A stretch of DNA of 64,000 nt from Takakia lepidozioides (GCA_030704615.1 CM060731.1:3658001-3722000), one strand, 5' to 3'; shown: positions 24,313 to 37,900, counted from the stretch's first letter. A program made the numbers and translations. Notes: generated from the letters alone by a model not told the origin.

Positions 24313-25256
24313 CCCCCACTCAACGAGTTATCAGGTTAAGCACTTAACTACTCTCATCAAGCCTCGAAAGCGTTCAAGCTTTTCAGCACTAAGCCCTTTT
24401 GTCAATATATCTGCAACCATGTTGTTGGCGTTGCAATATATAAGCTTGACAACTCCAGCTTCAGTCTTCTCTCGTACCAAATGATGATGAATCTCAATAT
24501 GCTTTGTGCGAGCATGAATTGGATTCTTTGAGAGAGCAATACACCCTTGGTTGTCATCATATATGACGATGATATCCCTCTGTGGACGACCAATACTAGA
24601 TAGAAATGATGATAATCATAATGCTTGCCTTGTAGCTTGAGATGCAGCCATATATTCTGCCTCAGTCGAGGACATAGCAATTATAGATTGCTTCTTGCTG
24701 CTCCAGCTTACAGCTTCATTTGCTAGCATAAAAACATAGCCAGATGTAGAGTGGCGGTCATCAACATTACCAGCCCAATCTGCATCACAATAGTCGTATA
24801 GCTCTATGCTTTTGCAAGCGCTATCTACGATACCATATGAACCCACTTGATCCAACTGAATATTATCATTGTTCTTTCTCAAGCACAAACCATAGTCCAG
24901 TGTACCTCTCAGATAATAGAAAATCCGCTTTATTGCAACCCAATGGAGTTGCCCAGGGTTATCCACAAATTGGCTTACAACCCCCACTACTTGTGTAATA
25001 TCTGGCCATAAACCATTGCATACATGAGATTTCCCACAACACTCTGATAGGGAACATCTCTCAATGTCTCCAAGTCTGCAGCACTATTAGGACTCATTTC
25101 CTTTGAGAGTTTGCAATTTGGGACAAACGGGGTATTTACCGGCATACTTTCAGTCATACCAAAGTGCCTTAAGATATCTTCAAGATACTTACGCTGGTTC
25201 AGATAAATCGCTCGGTCTTGTCGAACACGAGTTACCGATACCCCCAAGCAGTACTG

Positions 25257-25582
25257 GATTTCTTTCAGATCCACCATCTCAAACTTAATTGAGATATCGC
25301 TTTGTCTTTTTCAACAGAGCCTGATCAACACATGATCACAGGATCTCTTTCAGATCCACCATCTCAAACCTCTTTGAGATATCACTTTGTCTTTTCAACA
25401 AAGACTGATCATTAACATATGATCACAGGATCTCTTTCAGATCCACCATCTCAAACCTCTTTGAGATATCACTTTGTCTTTTCAACAAAGACTGATAATT
25501 AACACATGATCACGGGATCTCTTTTAGATCCACCATCTCAAACCTCTTTGAGATATCACTTAGTCTTCGTTTCAACAAAGTC
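25257..25582. repeat. About 4 tandem copies of an 85-88 bp unit inside the copia RT
   Basis: Repeated unit GATCTCTTTCAGATCCACCATCTCAAACCTCTTTGAGATATCACTTTGTCTTTTCAACAAAGACTGAT..ACATGATCACAG. Confidence 0.9.
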
Positions 25583-28266
25583 AAGTCATTAGAGACCAAG
25601 ATTAGATCATCAACATACAACGTTATGATCACAGAAGAGTTTCCATGACCCCTCTTATAGTAAACACTATAATCAGCAGAGCTTTTCTCAAACTCTTCAG
25701 CCATGAAATATGCATCAATCTTAGCATTCTATGCCCTAGGGGATTGCTTCAAACCATACAAGGACTTGAGGAGTTTACAAACCATCATCTCCTTCCCTTT
25801 TACAGCAAATCCCTATGGCTGGTTCATGTATATTTCTTCTATAAGATCTCCATTGAGAAAGGCTGTACATACATCCATCTGATGTACCTCAAGATTTTCA
25901 ACAGCAGCAAACGTTAAAATCACTTGAATTGACTCCATCCGTGCAACAGGGGATAAGGTTTCATTGTAATCAATACCTTCAATTTGCGAAAACCCCTTTG
26001 CAACCAAGTACGCTTTGTACCTTGCTACAGAACCATCTGCATTGTACTTAATCTTGAAAATCCATTTGCAGCCAACAGACTGCTGTCCAGATAGAAGTTG
26101 AACAAGACTCCAAGTCTTTATTATCTTGAAGAGACTTAAACTCAGATGTCATAGCTTCCTTCCAGTGTGAAGAGTTTCCACTCCTCATTGCATCTGACAC
26201 ACTTTGAGGTTCATCACTGTCAATGAAATAGGCAGAAGATACCTTTAAGGGTTTTTCAATCATAGTAGATTGTACCTCTTCCATTTGAACCTCAATTGTC
26301 TTTTCAACAATCTTCTATTCCATTTTATCTTCATGTGTTAGAGCCAAGTTCTGTTTTTCATGGTCCAAACTTGGAACTACTATTTCCTGATGAAAGTTCC
26401 TGGACTCATTGAATATCACATCACGACTGATGATTACATATTTGCTTTTAGGGTTATACAACTTATACCCTTTGGTTTCTTCTCAATAACCAATGAAAAT
26501 ACACTTAATTGCTTTTGCATCCAATTTCTTCCTTACTTCTTTTGGATCATGGGCAAATGCAGCACACCAAAAGACGTGCAAATGATCAACTGAAGGTTTC
26601 TCACCCTTCCAAACCGGTGTCTTTGTAGAGATTGTCTTAGTAGGAAGTCGATTTCTGGAGGTATGGTGCAGTCGCCACTGCTTCTGCCCAGAAACGATGG
26701 TCCAACCTCATGTGTTGCAACATACGCCTCACACTCTCAACAAGTGTTCGATTTTTCCTCTATGCAACTCCATTTCTACTTTAGCGTATATGGTGTGATT
26801 GATTGTTTCATAATACCAATCTCCTTATAGAATTGATTAAAATTCCTTGAGATGTACTCACCACCGCCATCACATCGAAGTATTTTGATCATTTCTCCAG
26901 TTTGATTCTCCACCAAAGTTTTGAATGCTTTGAACCTATCGAGAACTCCAAACTTATTCTACATCATGTAAAGAAATATTTTCTTAGAAAACTCATCAGT
27001 GAAGGTCAAGAAATACTTTGCACCTTTATGAGATTCAGACGACATATGACCGCAAAGATCAGTATGCACCGGTTCAAGAACCTTCTTTGTTCGAGAACCT
27101 CCATCCTTTGGAAATGAGTTGCGATGATGTTTACCATACACACATCCGTCACAAACACTCAAGACCTGATCTCATGTAAGATCCATGCTTCAACCAGATT
27201 GTTAGCTGACATGTATGCCAAACTTTGGATTGAGACATGTCCAAGTCTCTGATGCCCGAGGTCACTCTGCTTGAGTGTAGCATTGCAATCCACATGTAAT
27301 GCCTGGACAGCCCCAACAGCTTGTACAATCTTGCATCTTGAACTACCTTAGTTCAACCAACAATGACTGGTAGAATCCTCAACCATAAGACCTTGCTCAG
27401 TTAGCTGACTAACTGACAATAGGTTCTTTGTCAATCTATGAACATAGAGAACATCTCTGATCTCTTATGACACTCCAGGTGATAATTGAAACATGACAGT
27501 ACCTTTTCATGTATATCGAGACTAGTTGGAACGTCATATGTTGAGATGTTCCTAAATCAATGATTCACCACACATCTCTACAACTAGAAGAGATTGGCAA
27601 AGCTTCAACAAAAAGTTTAGTTCTGTCAGCCATAATTGCCGATAAAACTTCACTCTGTAACTTTTCCTTCTTCTCATTGTCTAGCTTTTCTTGAAGCATT
27701 CACGTGCATAATGACCTCTTATGCCACAAAAGAAACAGACTCTGTATTTCTTCTTCTTGAATTTAACTTCCTTTCTCCATCTTACAACTCTTGGTCAAGA
27801 TAGAGCCGATTAACGCATGCTTTCTTCCAAAACTGACACATAGATTGAACCATGCTTATCTAACAGTTTTAGCATGTGCAACATGATGAAGTATTGAATC
27901 TGCTACATTCAACAACATGGATCCTCGAGCCAACTTATCTTTCTTCGTAAAAAATTGTTGTTCAGGAGTCGACCCTGCGGCTATGATCTTTCCATCTTCA
28001 GGCTGCAGTTGAACGGATGCAACCGCTTCTCCTAATGTGATTTTCCACAGATCTTTCTCAAATGCTAGTTTGATGTTTTGCCAACTATAAAACACCTTCA
28101 AACTTTCAGATCTAACTCCAAGCACTCAAGCTTTCAGATTTGACACCAAGAACTCAACTCCAAGCATTCAAGCTTTCAGATCTAACCCCAAGCATTCAAG
28201 CCTATTAGTTATAAATCAAATACTCATCTCCTTTTATCTCTTAGACAGAACCTTGCTCTGATACCA

Positions 28267-28407
28267 TGTTGGAATTCGACAGAGATTAGAGATAAAAGAT
28301 GAACTGATTACTGAGAACTCTCCACCCAACCATAGGACCACAACAAGCTCTGTGTCCACCCTCCGAGCTCTCCCTATTTATACTCAAAGTCTAATCTAGA
28401 AATAGCT
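28267..28407 (-). repeat. 5' LTR remnant of the copia element
   Basis: Ends ...TCCAACA on the minus strand next to the PBS, contains TATAAATAGGG, and matches the 3' LTR. Confidence 0.85.
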
Positions 28408-28675
28408 CGCCCAAGAGGCCCTACAGTGGCCTCTCTTTGGTCAAAACTTAGTTTTCACTTTGAAAACAATATTTTTCGCATTTGAGTTGGACTAACAAAG
28501 TAAAGGTAATCAAGTCTAGTCTCTATTCCACTTTACGAGTCATCAAAATTCCAATTATTGAATCTTTTATAGCGATTGCCAATTCAATGGGTCAAGAGCC
28601 AATTTATTCTTCAGCATAGTTTTTCTATCGAATTTTTCAACTTAAGAATTTTTTTTAACGAAATAACGAAATAAC

Positions 28676-28995
28676 GATGCGGTCCCCGCTTTGGTTTTAC
28701 TAAAGTGTTTTTCATTGTGATTTACACCCAAGGTAAAATTTTCATAAATTTTGGATACTTATTGTAATTGATATGATGTTTTGAAGACAATCTTAAGAAA
28801 ATCATAATATTTCACTTTTAATTAGACAATTCTGAAAATTTCAAAGATTTATAGTAAACATATAGGTTCATCTATGAAAAATATTAAGCAAATATTTTTC
28901 TCAAATTCAAGAGCTACAGATCGAAATTTGACTACATTGAGTATTGAGTGGTCCTTTAGGGGTTAATTCCACGAAACCAAAGCAGGGACCGCATC
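28676..28995. mobile_element. MITE-like AT-rich element with 22-bp terminal inverted repeats
   Basis: GATGCGGTCCCCGCTTTGGTTT at 28676 versus AAACCAAAGCAGGGACCGCATC ending at 28995 (1 mismatch). No clear TSD. Confidence 0.55.
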
Positions 28996-29844
28996 CCAAG
29001 AAACCAGACCGTTTTAATACTGAACTATAGAACTTCCCACAACCTGCAGGTCATTACTAAAGTAACATTTCTTCTAATAATTTTTAAAAATACACATATG
29101 CATATATACTTTTTATGTATATATTTATTTTACATATAACCCTAGATATCGTCTTATAAGTCTTAAAGTTAGTTTTTTAATTAATTTTTAAGGGCAGTGG
29201 CCACGTAGTTGCTAGAGGAATATTTATCATAATTCGATGATCTATGCTTTGAAAAAGCATACTTTCAAGAGATGGCATAATTTTTTCAGCGAACTCCCTG
29301 GAGTTATTAGGTATTGAAATAACTTAAAATAATAATAATAATAGTTGATTGAAAGGAAATTCAAATGTATAAAAAGCAGATGTATACCTATATACATATG
29401 TATGTTTGTGAGCTGTGGCAGTCACTTTTTGTATGCATATGTAGTTTTAACTTTATTTTCGACGTCAAAATATATTGTGCCCTTATGGTGGGCACTGGGC
29501 ACCGGGGTTTCAATTTTTTTCCCCCTCATAATTCCAAATAAAGTGCATCCTGGGTCTCTGTCCCCAGTTTTTTTTTAAATAATAAAATAATAAAGTAATA
29601 AAAACACGCTACTTTTCAAAGAGCTCACAAGGGTGTGATTCACCAGAATTACAGGGCCCTAATTATTGTATTTGTTTTTAGTCTTAGGGGAAAGGGGCCT
29701 TATGACCAGGCTTTCAAGAATGTGTGCAGTGTGTGGAGTTTATTTTGCTGTGATGGCTAAAAACATAAATAGCATAGGGAGGGCAAGGCTGTTTTATTTT
29801 TTATTTTATTTTATTTATTTATTGGTAACAGCGGGTGATTTTTG

Positions 29845-31280
29845 CACCTGTCACAAGGCATTTGACAGGCCAAAAAAGGCAAAAACACGGCGGCCTGTCA
29901 AAAGAAAGGCAAAAAACAAAAATTGTCTGTAACAGTGAAAGGCAAAAAAGAAAATGGCCTGTCAAAAGAAAGGTAAACATTACAAAGGAAATGTACAAGC
30001 ACATCGGCTGGTAAGTTAATGCATCGCCTTGGTGGTTCAAGGTTCAAAGCCGCTGCCCTGATTGTTTGTGGCGTATCGTCCGTTGTGCCGCCATGCCTCC
30101 ATGGCCCATAAATGAAAGGGGGTTATTTTTCCCCGCCTCAAGGGCCTGAATTGTGGGCCGTCAGTTGCGCGTGGCATGAAGTTGGCTTACTCTTCAGGGG
30201 GTCTTGGGTTCTACCTTCAATGAAAGCTACATTGGGCCATGAGTAGAGCTGTGTGGTTTGTAGATCTTTATCATAAACCTTAACAGCGCTAACTTACCCA
30301 CGTTTCAGGTGATCGGGTCTGAAGTCCTGACCATTGTTTTGCAATATGTATTTGACTCTAGCTGCTTTGGTTACACGATCGAGCACGTCATTTCTGTTTA
30401 TTGGAAAATACAATCCCAAGATTAGGTAGCTGAATTTCGATGATTTAGATCTTTCTCGTCGGTGATATTTTTTCTTAAATTTGAAAAATGTGGCTATTAA
30501 GTTTTACAAGAAACAGCTATATATTCTGTTCATCCATTTGGATAGAATCATCCTCCTATGGACTTTCATCCATTTATATCATCCATTGTTATTTTATCTT
30601 TGTAGAAGTTTGGCGATTTCATCCATGGAAAATTGGGAATTTATGACAGAATATTCCATTTTAAAATTTTAAGGTTTCGCCAAGGCAGAAAACACTGGTT
30701 CTCATATACTACTCCGGGTTGTGAAATGGCAACTTTAGTCATCTAGCGCTCAAGATTTACTTCAAGAAACGGGCACTTGGGCCTTAAGTTCACAACAACC
30801 TATGTAGTAGTTCGGGGATGCAACTATTGAGAGCCTCGCCTGCATGCAAAGACTGGTTGTCCAAGCCCCTCCGCGCTCTGTTGGACACATTATGATGGGC
30901 ACTTATAATTAGGACCCCAGCAATTTGCACTTTCATACGTGTGGTGCTCATGATCCAGGGAGTCTTCCAAGGTCCAGCAAGCAACATAGTCTAAGTGATT
31001 GAGCCCCCAAAGATGCGTAAGAAGTTCACACTTCAAACTACACACTTCTTTTCATTTTTTATTTTTTATTTCATATGACATGGTTGTGTGAACGGTCAAA
31101 ATCTTGTGAACCTGTCATGTGAAAGGCGTTTTCTGAAAGTTGTCTGTCACAGTGAAAGTAAAAAAAAAATTAACCTGTCACAAAAAATGTAGGGCTACCT
31201 GTCAAAAAACAACACTGGGAGGGTTGGTAGTTGGTAGGTTAAGAAAATACTGCGTATGAAGTCAAGGGCTCAATCTGTCC
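29845..31280. repeat. Two clusters of CCTGTCA/TGTCA subterminal-type repeats (DNA-transposon debris)
   Basis: Segments 29845-29975 and 31110-31210 share CCTGTCA-rich units and TTGTCTGT(A/C)ACAGTGAAAG. Confidence 0.4.
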
Positions 31281-33079
31281 CTTTCTTTTTTCTTTTTCTT
31301 TTTTTCTTTTTCTTAAAGGGAAACACCTGGGAGCGACAGGTGTCTCTTAAGAAACAATAAGAGAAAGAGAAAAATAAGTGAAAAAATGGCCGATCTACAG
31401 CTTTTAATAGGTCACTGTGTACTTAATGCGCCCTAAGAGGGAATTATTAACAAGGAACTCAGAGCACATAAATTCAGGCTGAATCTAAACGTGAATGGCC
31501 GCAATAAACATGTCGTAATCGTCATTTAAAGGGGGGTCCCGGCGCATATAGAATAATGAAGGGTGGCGGCCCTTGACGCTACAATAATTTGACGTGGATA
31601 CACGCCGTACGCATATTATCGTGTACGTATCCCCGCAGGTATGGGTGCCTATGACCGCGCCCAGCGGGGCGGCAGTCAGCTCATAACCACCCCTGCGGTA
31701 CAATCCATCCTACTTTTATCGTCCATCCATCGGACTTTGCCACGTTGACGTTATGCCTGTTACAAGGCGTAATCGGTTGAAATTATGGCAGTCATAGCAC
31801 GTAGATTGATTGGTTGCACACATGACTAATTGTTCTATTTTTTCATCTCCAAAATAATTCTAAAGTCCAAGATCCTCTGTCCCCTTCTTGTACCCAAGCC
31901 CCCTGCCCTATCCATGTCCCTTGTCTTGCTCCCCTATTCCCGGTCCTCGCTCCTCTCCTTGCCCCCCTCCTCGCCCTTTGGAACGCGGCTTGCTCCCCCC
32001 TTCCTAGTCCCCGCTCCCCCTCCTCGTTCCCTGTCCCAATGTGGAGCAGGAGCATGGGAGCAAAATTGGAGAATGTTTGGGAATATGGTCCTAAAGTGGG
32101 GAGCATGAGGAGGGAATAGGAGGTGTGGAGCGCACCCCACCTTCCTAACGGGGGATGAGATTTGAGAAGTAGTCTTGCCCGAGCCTTTAGGAGCTCTGGC
32201 CAGCGGCCCCACCACCTCACATGCTTGCCTTAAACTCGTTGATGATAGCGCAAACAACATAGTGGTAGATTGTATGATAGAATTATTATGTGATAGAATG
32301 TTTACATGGTGGATCATCTTTAAAATGGTGACAACACTATTATAGTTGTCCACTATGTCCCTGTCCCTGTCTAATTTTCCCCTGGGAAACATATATATAT
32401 ATATATGTCTTGCATTAAGTTGTAGACTTCTTACCATCTCTAGGTGTTGAGTGCATAAGTAGTAACTGATTGATTATGATGGTTTTCTAGGAGCATGTAA
32501 GCATGCTCACCTGAGCATAATATGACATTCTACATATTTTAGGAATATGCTGAATCGACCTATTATGGTGAAATGAAAATGGGCTCACGGTAGAGAAAAT
32601 TGTGAACTATTTCAAACATGTGCGCATGTGAGCACAATACTACATCTACTACTTCTTTGCATAAGATATCCATCCGCAATAGTTTTACCAGTGAAACTAT
32701 TTTTCGTTTTCGCCAATGGGACTCAAATCTTGTGATATACGGTAGTACCTTGGCAATTTCGGCACAAATTATAATATTTCAAAGATTGTTGAAAATTTTG
32801 GAAATTGATTTTGTGAAATTAAATAACTTTGTGATTTGATAATAAAGCATCTTTAAGAATATTCCATGTGTTGAAATAAAATTCTCAAAATAAAATAAAT
32901 ATTTGACAGATGATTGTTGAACTTGCCAAGGTACTACGATATATATATATATAGTGAACAGGGGACAAAGTCGACAGAGGCCCTGAATAGTGTGATATAT
33001 TTTACTATCATTTGCTTGCAAATTGCTAGCATGTATGATACTGAAATATTAAAAATATTCTTAACTATCAACGCCAAAG

Positions 33080-33419
33080 TTGGGGCTTGTTCTGAGCTGG
33101 GTTGGATGGTGCCAAGTTTGTGGTGGAGCTTGGCTACTTGGGTTCTAATCTAGTGACAGTTTGCATTAGGCTGTGGCTTATGCTTTGCGGTGTTGGGTCT
33201 TTCGTCTTTGGATTGATGTTTTGTTCCTTGTATTGTTCTTATGCTTGCTGGTTGGGCTTGTAGCCCTTGTGTCAATTGTGACATGCCCGTGGCTTATAAA
33301 AGTCTTCATGGCTTTTGGAGGTTATTTTTTCCTCTGTTTCTCTCCATTTAATAAAGCTGGGAGGGCCTCTGTTCCCTCAAGTTGGACGGTTAAGAAAAAA
33401 TAAAAACAAAAAAAAAAAA
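33080..33419 (+). mobile_element. LINE 3' end with A-rich tail
   Basis: TTTAATAAAGCT...GGGCCTCTGTTCCC followed by an A-rich tail. The same terminal motif occurs at the LINE end near 57310-57370 (minus). The 5' boundary is approximate. Confidence 0.5.
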
Positions 33420-33564
33420 TATTAGTATGTCTCATGGCACATCGGGGGTTTTAATTTTTTTTGTCCAATAATTCCAAGTAAGTTTTTCTGTGTATGTATG
33501 TATATATATATATATATATATATATCCACACTTATAATAATCACCAAATGGCTTCATGCCCCAA

Positions 33565-33995
33565 TATATTGTGGGAAGTAGTTTTTAAAGCTATCGAGGT
33601 TTGCCAAGGCCACTACTAGAGGTGTGAAGAAGAGAGTGACGAGACCAGCTCCTACTGCAGCTAAATTGGTGTGCAAAATTCTCTGCCACAAAGGTACTTC
33701 TAGATTTGTCTCAGTCAACATCTCTCAGCTCCGGGGTCCATTCAGTGACATATTGGGTTTGTTGATTGCTGTGTCTGGGCAGTAACTACTGCTTTCCACC
33801 TTCTCTTGAAATGAAACAAATGCTGTTGGCAGTTCCTGCACCCGAGTATCTCTTTGTCAAAATTTTCGTCTCTCCCTTGCTGATTGTCTTCTCCATTATT
33901 TCTGCCTTATGTTCAACTCTTCAACCCTTTTCCATCCCCTCCCATCTGTCTCTACCTCCCCTCTCTGCGTAGATGCTCTGCCACAAGTCCTCGGC
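33565..33995 (-). pseudogene. OSCA/CSC1 (ERD4/TMEM63-family) channel gene fragment, frameshifted
   Basis: Reading across frameshifts and one stop gives QELPTAFVSF/KRRWKAVVTAQTQQSTNPI/VTEWTPELRDVD*/TNLEVPLWQRILHTNLAAVGAGLVTLFFTPLVVALANLDSFKNYFP. This follows the family motif AAFVSFKxRWxAxxxAQTQQSxNPxxWxTEWAPEPRDVxWxNL. Confidence 0.75.
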
Positions 33996-34991
33996 CTTAC
34001 AAAACAAGCTGGAAAATTAAAGAGGCCTAATACTAAGCTTGACACATAGCACACAGTCAACAAAAGAGATGAATGCCCCATTTTCAGAGAGATGGAGAGA
34101 AAATGAATCTATTGCAATGAGCAAGCAAGTGTTGTGAGAAATGGAATGCAAGTAGCGTTCAGAACAGAGAGATAATCTGCATAAAAGAGCCCAACCAACC
34201 AGACCGTAAACATTATATCGATGTTTTTTCCCACCCTAGCACGTGGGCCCAAATGCATCTACCTCTGGAGACACGGGAGCAGAAGATACCTCCTTTCCCC
34301 CAAGAGTTATAGAAAGCTCTGAGGAGTGCCCTCACCACATGGGCATAACGCATTTTTCTTTTCTTCTTGGAGTGAACCTGCAATTGACGGCGGCAACTTC
34401 GACAGCCGTTTTAGGCCTCATTCACACACAATTCTTAGAAGAGAAAGCTCATTCCGTTGCAGTAATCGGCATACTTTCTAGCAACAACAATGACAAGAAA
34501 ATTAATGCAGCCTAGGACATAAGACTGGCCTTGGAACTAAAGACCGTCCTTAGAACTATTTGGGGCTCCCTTGTCATCTCTGTATTCAAATGAGAGAGTA
34601 GGCAATTTTACCACCTCTTGATGAGAACTTGTAATGCGTGTCAACATAGTTCGAGATTGAAGTTCCTTGTCACTCCAAGACTTTCTTGACTACCAGTTTT
34701 CCTCACCCTGTTTTGGGGATCCCCTTGGTGGACCCTCTTTGGTGCAACACTTTCCACAACCATAGCTACAGGAGTCTTTTGAAGCCTCTGGTTCAATGTG
34801 ATGTGTAGGCATATCCTCTGAGAGAGAGTTTTCTATGACTCGGCTGCTGCAGTTCTGTAATCAACCATGAACTGAAGGTGCAGATCAGTTCTTTCAACTT
34901 TACTGTAGGGAAGATGTACGTGGCTGTGAAATTGAGAGGTCCAAGGCCAAAGGATCTTCAGTTGTCATTATGTTTGGAAGCAAAAACTTGT

Positions 34992-37900
34992 TCACCAGTA
35001 ATCTCCACAAGAACAAACGCCTTCACGGACGTGATGAAAACGGTTAGCATCCCGTACGACAACTGCTCGTGCGACGATCTTTGAGATAAACTTCATGGCC
35101 GTGTGGCAATCACCACACACTCGAAGGTTCTTGATGATGTGGATTGGCATCCCAGCAGGCGTGCTGATGATTCCGAAAGCAACTGCCAGCTTCTCACTGT
35201 GATGGCAAAGAGAGAATTCCTTTTGCGCCTCCTCCACGTCATGCAATACAAAGCGTGTGTCAGGCACATAACCTGCCTCCTTCATCTGCCCAGACAACCT
35301 TGTCAGCTCTGCATGGATTTCCTCAATTTGTGGATGCAATTTGTCTTCTACACCAAATGTATGCACACAGTCGTCGACCTCAATGCAGCTGTGCCCAGGC
35401 TCCTTTCTAACATCTCTGTCCTCCATCATCTTCCTTATCTTTGCTTTATCATCCCACCTGCCAGCAGCAGCATAGATGTTTGATAGCAGTACATAAGCTG
35501 CAGGGTGCTGTGGATCACACTCAAAAATTCTTTGTGCTACACGTTCTGCTACCACCACATTGCCATGAGTTTGACAGGCACCAAGCAATGCCCTCCAAAT
35601 ACCAGCAGCTGGTTCAAGTGGCATTTTGTTAATTAAATCCTCTGCCTCAACCAATCGCCCAGCACGACCAAGAAGGTCCACCATGCAGCCAAAATGCTCT
35701 ACTGTAGGAGTGAGGCCATGATCTCTACTCATAGAATCAAAGTAGTGACGGCCTGCATCCACTAGGCCTGCATGGCTGCATGCTGAGAGAAGACATATGA
35801 AGGTGACTCCGTTCGGCTTCAAGCCTTCCTGTCGCATTTCTTTGAGTAATTGCAGGGCCTCCCTACCACACCCATGCTGGGCACATCCTGCAATCATGGC
35901 ATTCCATGAGACCACATCTCGCTTAGCCATATTGTCGAACACCTGACGCGCATCCTTCATGCTCCCGCATTTGGCATACATGTCAGCAAGGGCAGTCTCC
36001 AGATTAACCTGTGACACAATTCCAGCTTTCATAATGTCAGCATGCACCTCCTTGCCCTTTTTCAGTGCTCCTAGACTGGCACATGCATTTAGGACCCCAA
36101 GGAAGGTGACCCTGTTGGGCATCACCTCTGCCCGTTGCATTTGCTCATAGATCTCAAAAGCTTTCTTACCACACCCATGCTGAGCATACCCTGCGATCAT
36201 CGCACTCCAAGAGACCACATCTCGTTGAGCCATATTGTCAAAAACTTGACAAGCATCCTTCATGCTCCCAGATTTGACATACATGTCAAGAAGGGCAGTC
36301 TCCAAAATTACATCTGGTACAATTCCTGCTTTTACAATGTCATCATGTACCCCTTTGCCCTGTTCCAAGGCTCCCAGACTGGCACTTGCATTGAGAATGC
36401 AAGTGAATGTGACCCTGTCTGGTGTCACCCCTTCCCGTTGCATCATCTCATAGATGTTGAAAGCTTCCCTAACAGACCCATGCTTGACATATCCTGCTAT
36501 CATCGTATTCCATGTAAACATATCTCGTTCAGGCATTTTGTCGAAAACCTGACGTGCATCCACCACACTTTTGCACTTGGTATACATGTTGACAAGAGTG
36601 TTGAGTAGAAAGATGTTTGGCTTGAATCCACTTTGCATGATGTGGGAATGCACCTGCTTTCCCTCTGTGAGATCTTTCATGTTGATGCACTCCTGCAAGG
36701 CACAAACATAAATCTTGGAGTTTGCCTGAATGCCTTGTTGGTTCAGAGTTTGCAGGAATTCTTTCAGTCGTCCTGCCTTACATAGTGCCCTCACATCCAC
36801 ATAAGGGCCAACAGAGATTTTGTGGACTTTTGGTTCTCTTTCAAAAGCAGCACTGATGGTGGAGGTGCTCCGTCTGCAGCCAGTCTGAGGTCCAACCAAA
36901 AATTGTGCCTGATTCAACCCTGCCATCCTGCGTGACTCCAAAGTCGTACTTACCAACCTTTACACTTCAACTCACTTATTTGAAAGGTCCTAGATACTTC
37001 AAGGAAAGATCTCTCAAGCTCCTTACACAACTGCAGTCACCTCATTTGAGAGTACAATGTGCAAATTCTCTCTGATTGACTTAGAACCCATGAATGTGCA
37101 AAACAATACCCGTTGTTGTCCTGGCCTGCAACTCCAGTGTGTACATTGACATTAGCACCATAGATAGACTGTGCTTCACCTTGTGTCATGGCATTTAGCT
37201 CTGCTTTCACCCAAGGGGGATTAGACCAATTCTCAATCCAAAGGGCCTCCTTTGTGTGCCTCTGTCTGAAGTCTGGCGATCTTGGGCTTTTCTGCAAAAA
37301 CCGCGGTGTGCAACTGAGCAGCTATAAGCCTCATTTGGATCAGGCTATAACCAGAGAAGCTCGACAGCTGTTGCTTCAAATGACACACCAAAACTGAACC
37401 AACCAACTTGAAGTTAGGTGATGAACTTGACCGTATCCACCAGTGCGCATCACTACAGCAAATGTGACTGACAAAGATCATACTGTACATAATTAAAGTA
37501 ACTCAAGCCACAATTCATCTACAAAAAAATACATACCACAACTTCAGGACAAGATCTTTGACCTTCAATCCAGGAAAACACCTATTCATCAGGTAATGAT
37601 AGAGACAGCCCACCTTCTCAGACCTGTTGTCCCACCACTGTGAAGGATCTGACATGAACTCCTGCCAAAGCTGTTCTACATTTATTGCTTGGCCTGCATT
37701 CAACCACCACTGAAACATATTTCTTTAGCAGCTCCTTAGTGAAGTATGCTATTATATCCATAAAGATAACCTCCTTCTCTGTTTCGTCCTTGCCCTTTCT
37801 CCAGCTCTGTGCCACCATCGTGCAATCACAGCCAGTATCAGATTTGGGCTAGAGGAGCAGTGTGGAATTGACATTTGTTTTTTCTAGCTTTCCGTCGATA

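Larger units (their letters stand above)
23987..28407 (-). mobile_element. Decayed Ty1/copia LTR retrotransposon
   Basis: Minus-strand order is gag (27856-28125), zinc knuckle, GAG-pre-integrase/integrase (CDGCVYGKHHR, VHTDLCG), RT (VAKGFSQIEGIDYNET, HQMDV.TAFLNG, LYVDDLIL) and RNase H (YCDADWAGN.DDRHSTSGY, SSTEAEY). PBS TGGTATCAGAGC at 28255-28266 and PPT at about 24313-24323. LTR remnants are 28267-28407 and 23987-24312. Many stops and frameshifts. Confidence 0.95.

Noticed and set aside
25257-25582. CRISPR-like appearance of the repeated unit
   Set aside because: There are no unique spacers, the unit is copia RT sequence, and the context is eukaryotic with no cas genes.
34992-35400. Possibility that the DYW domains are U-to-C (DYW:KP) editors
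   Set aside because: They have a PG box, HSEKLA and a DYW terminus, not the KP-box/HAE signature.
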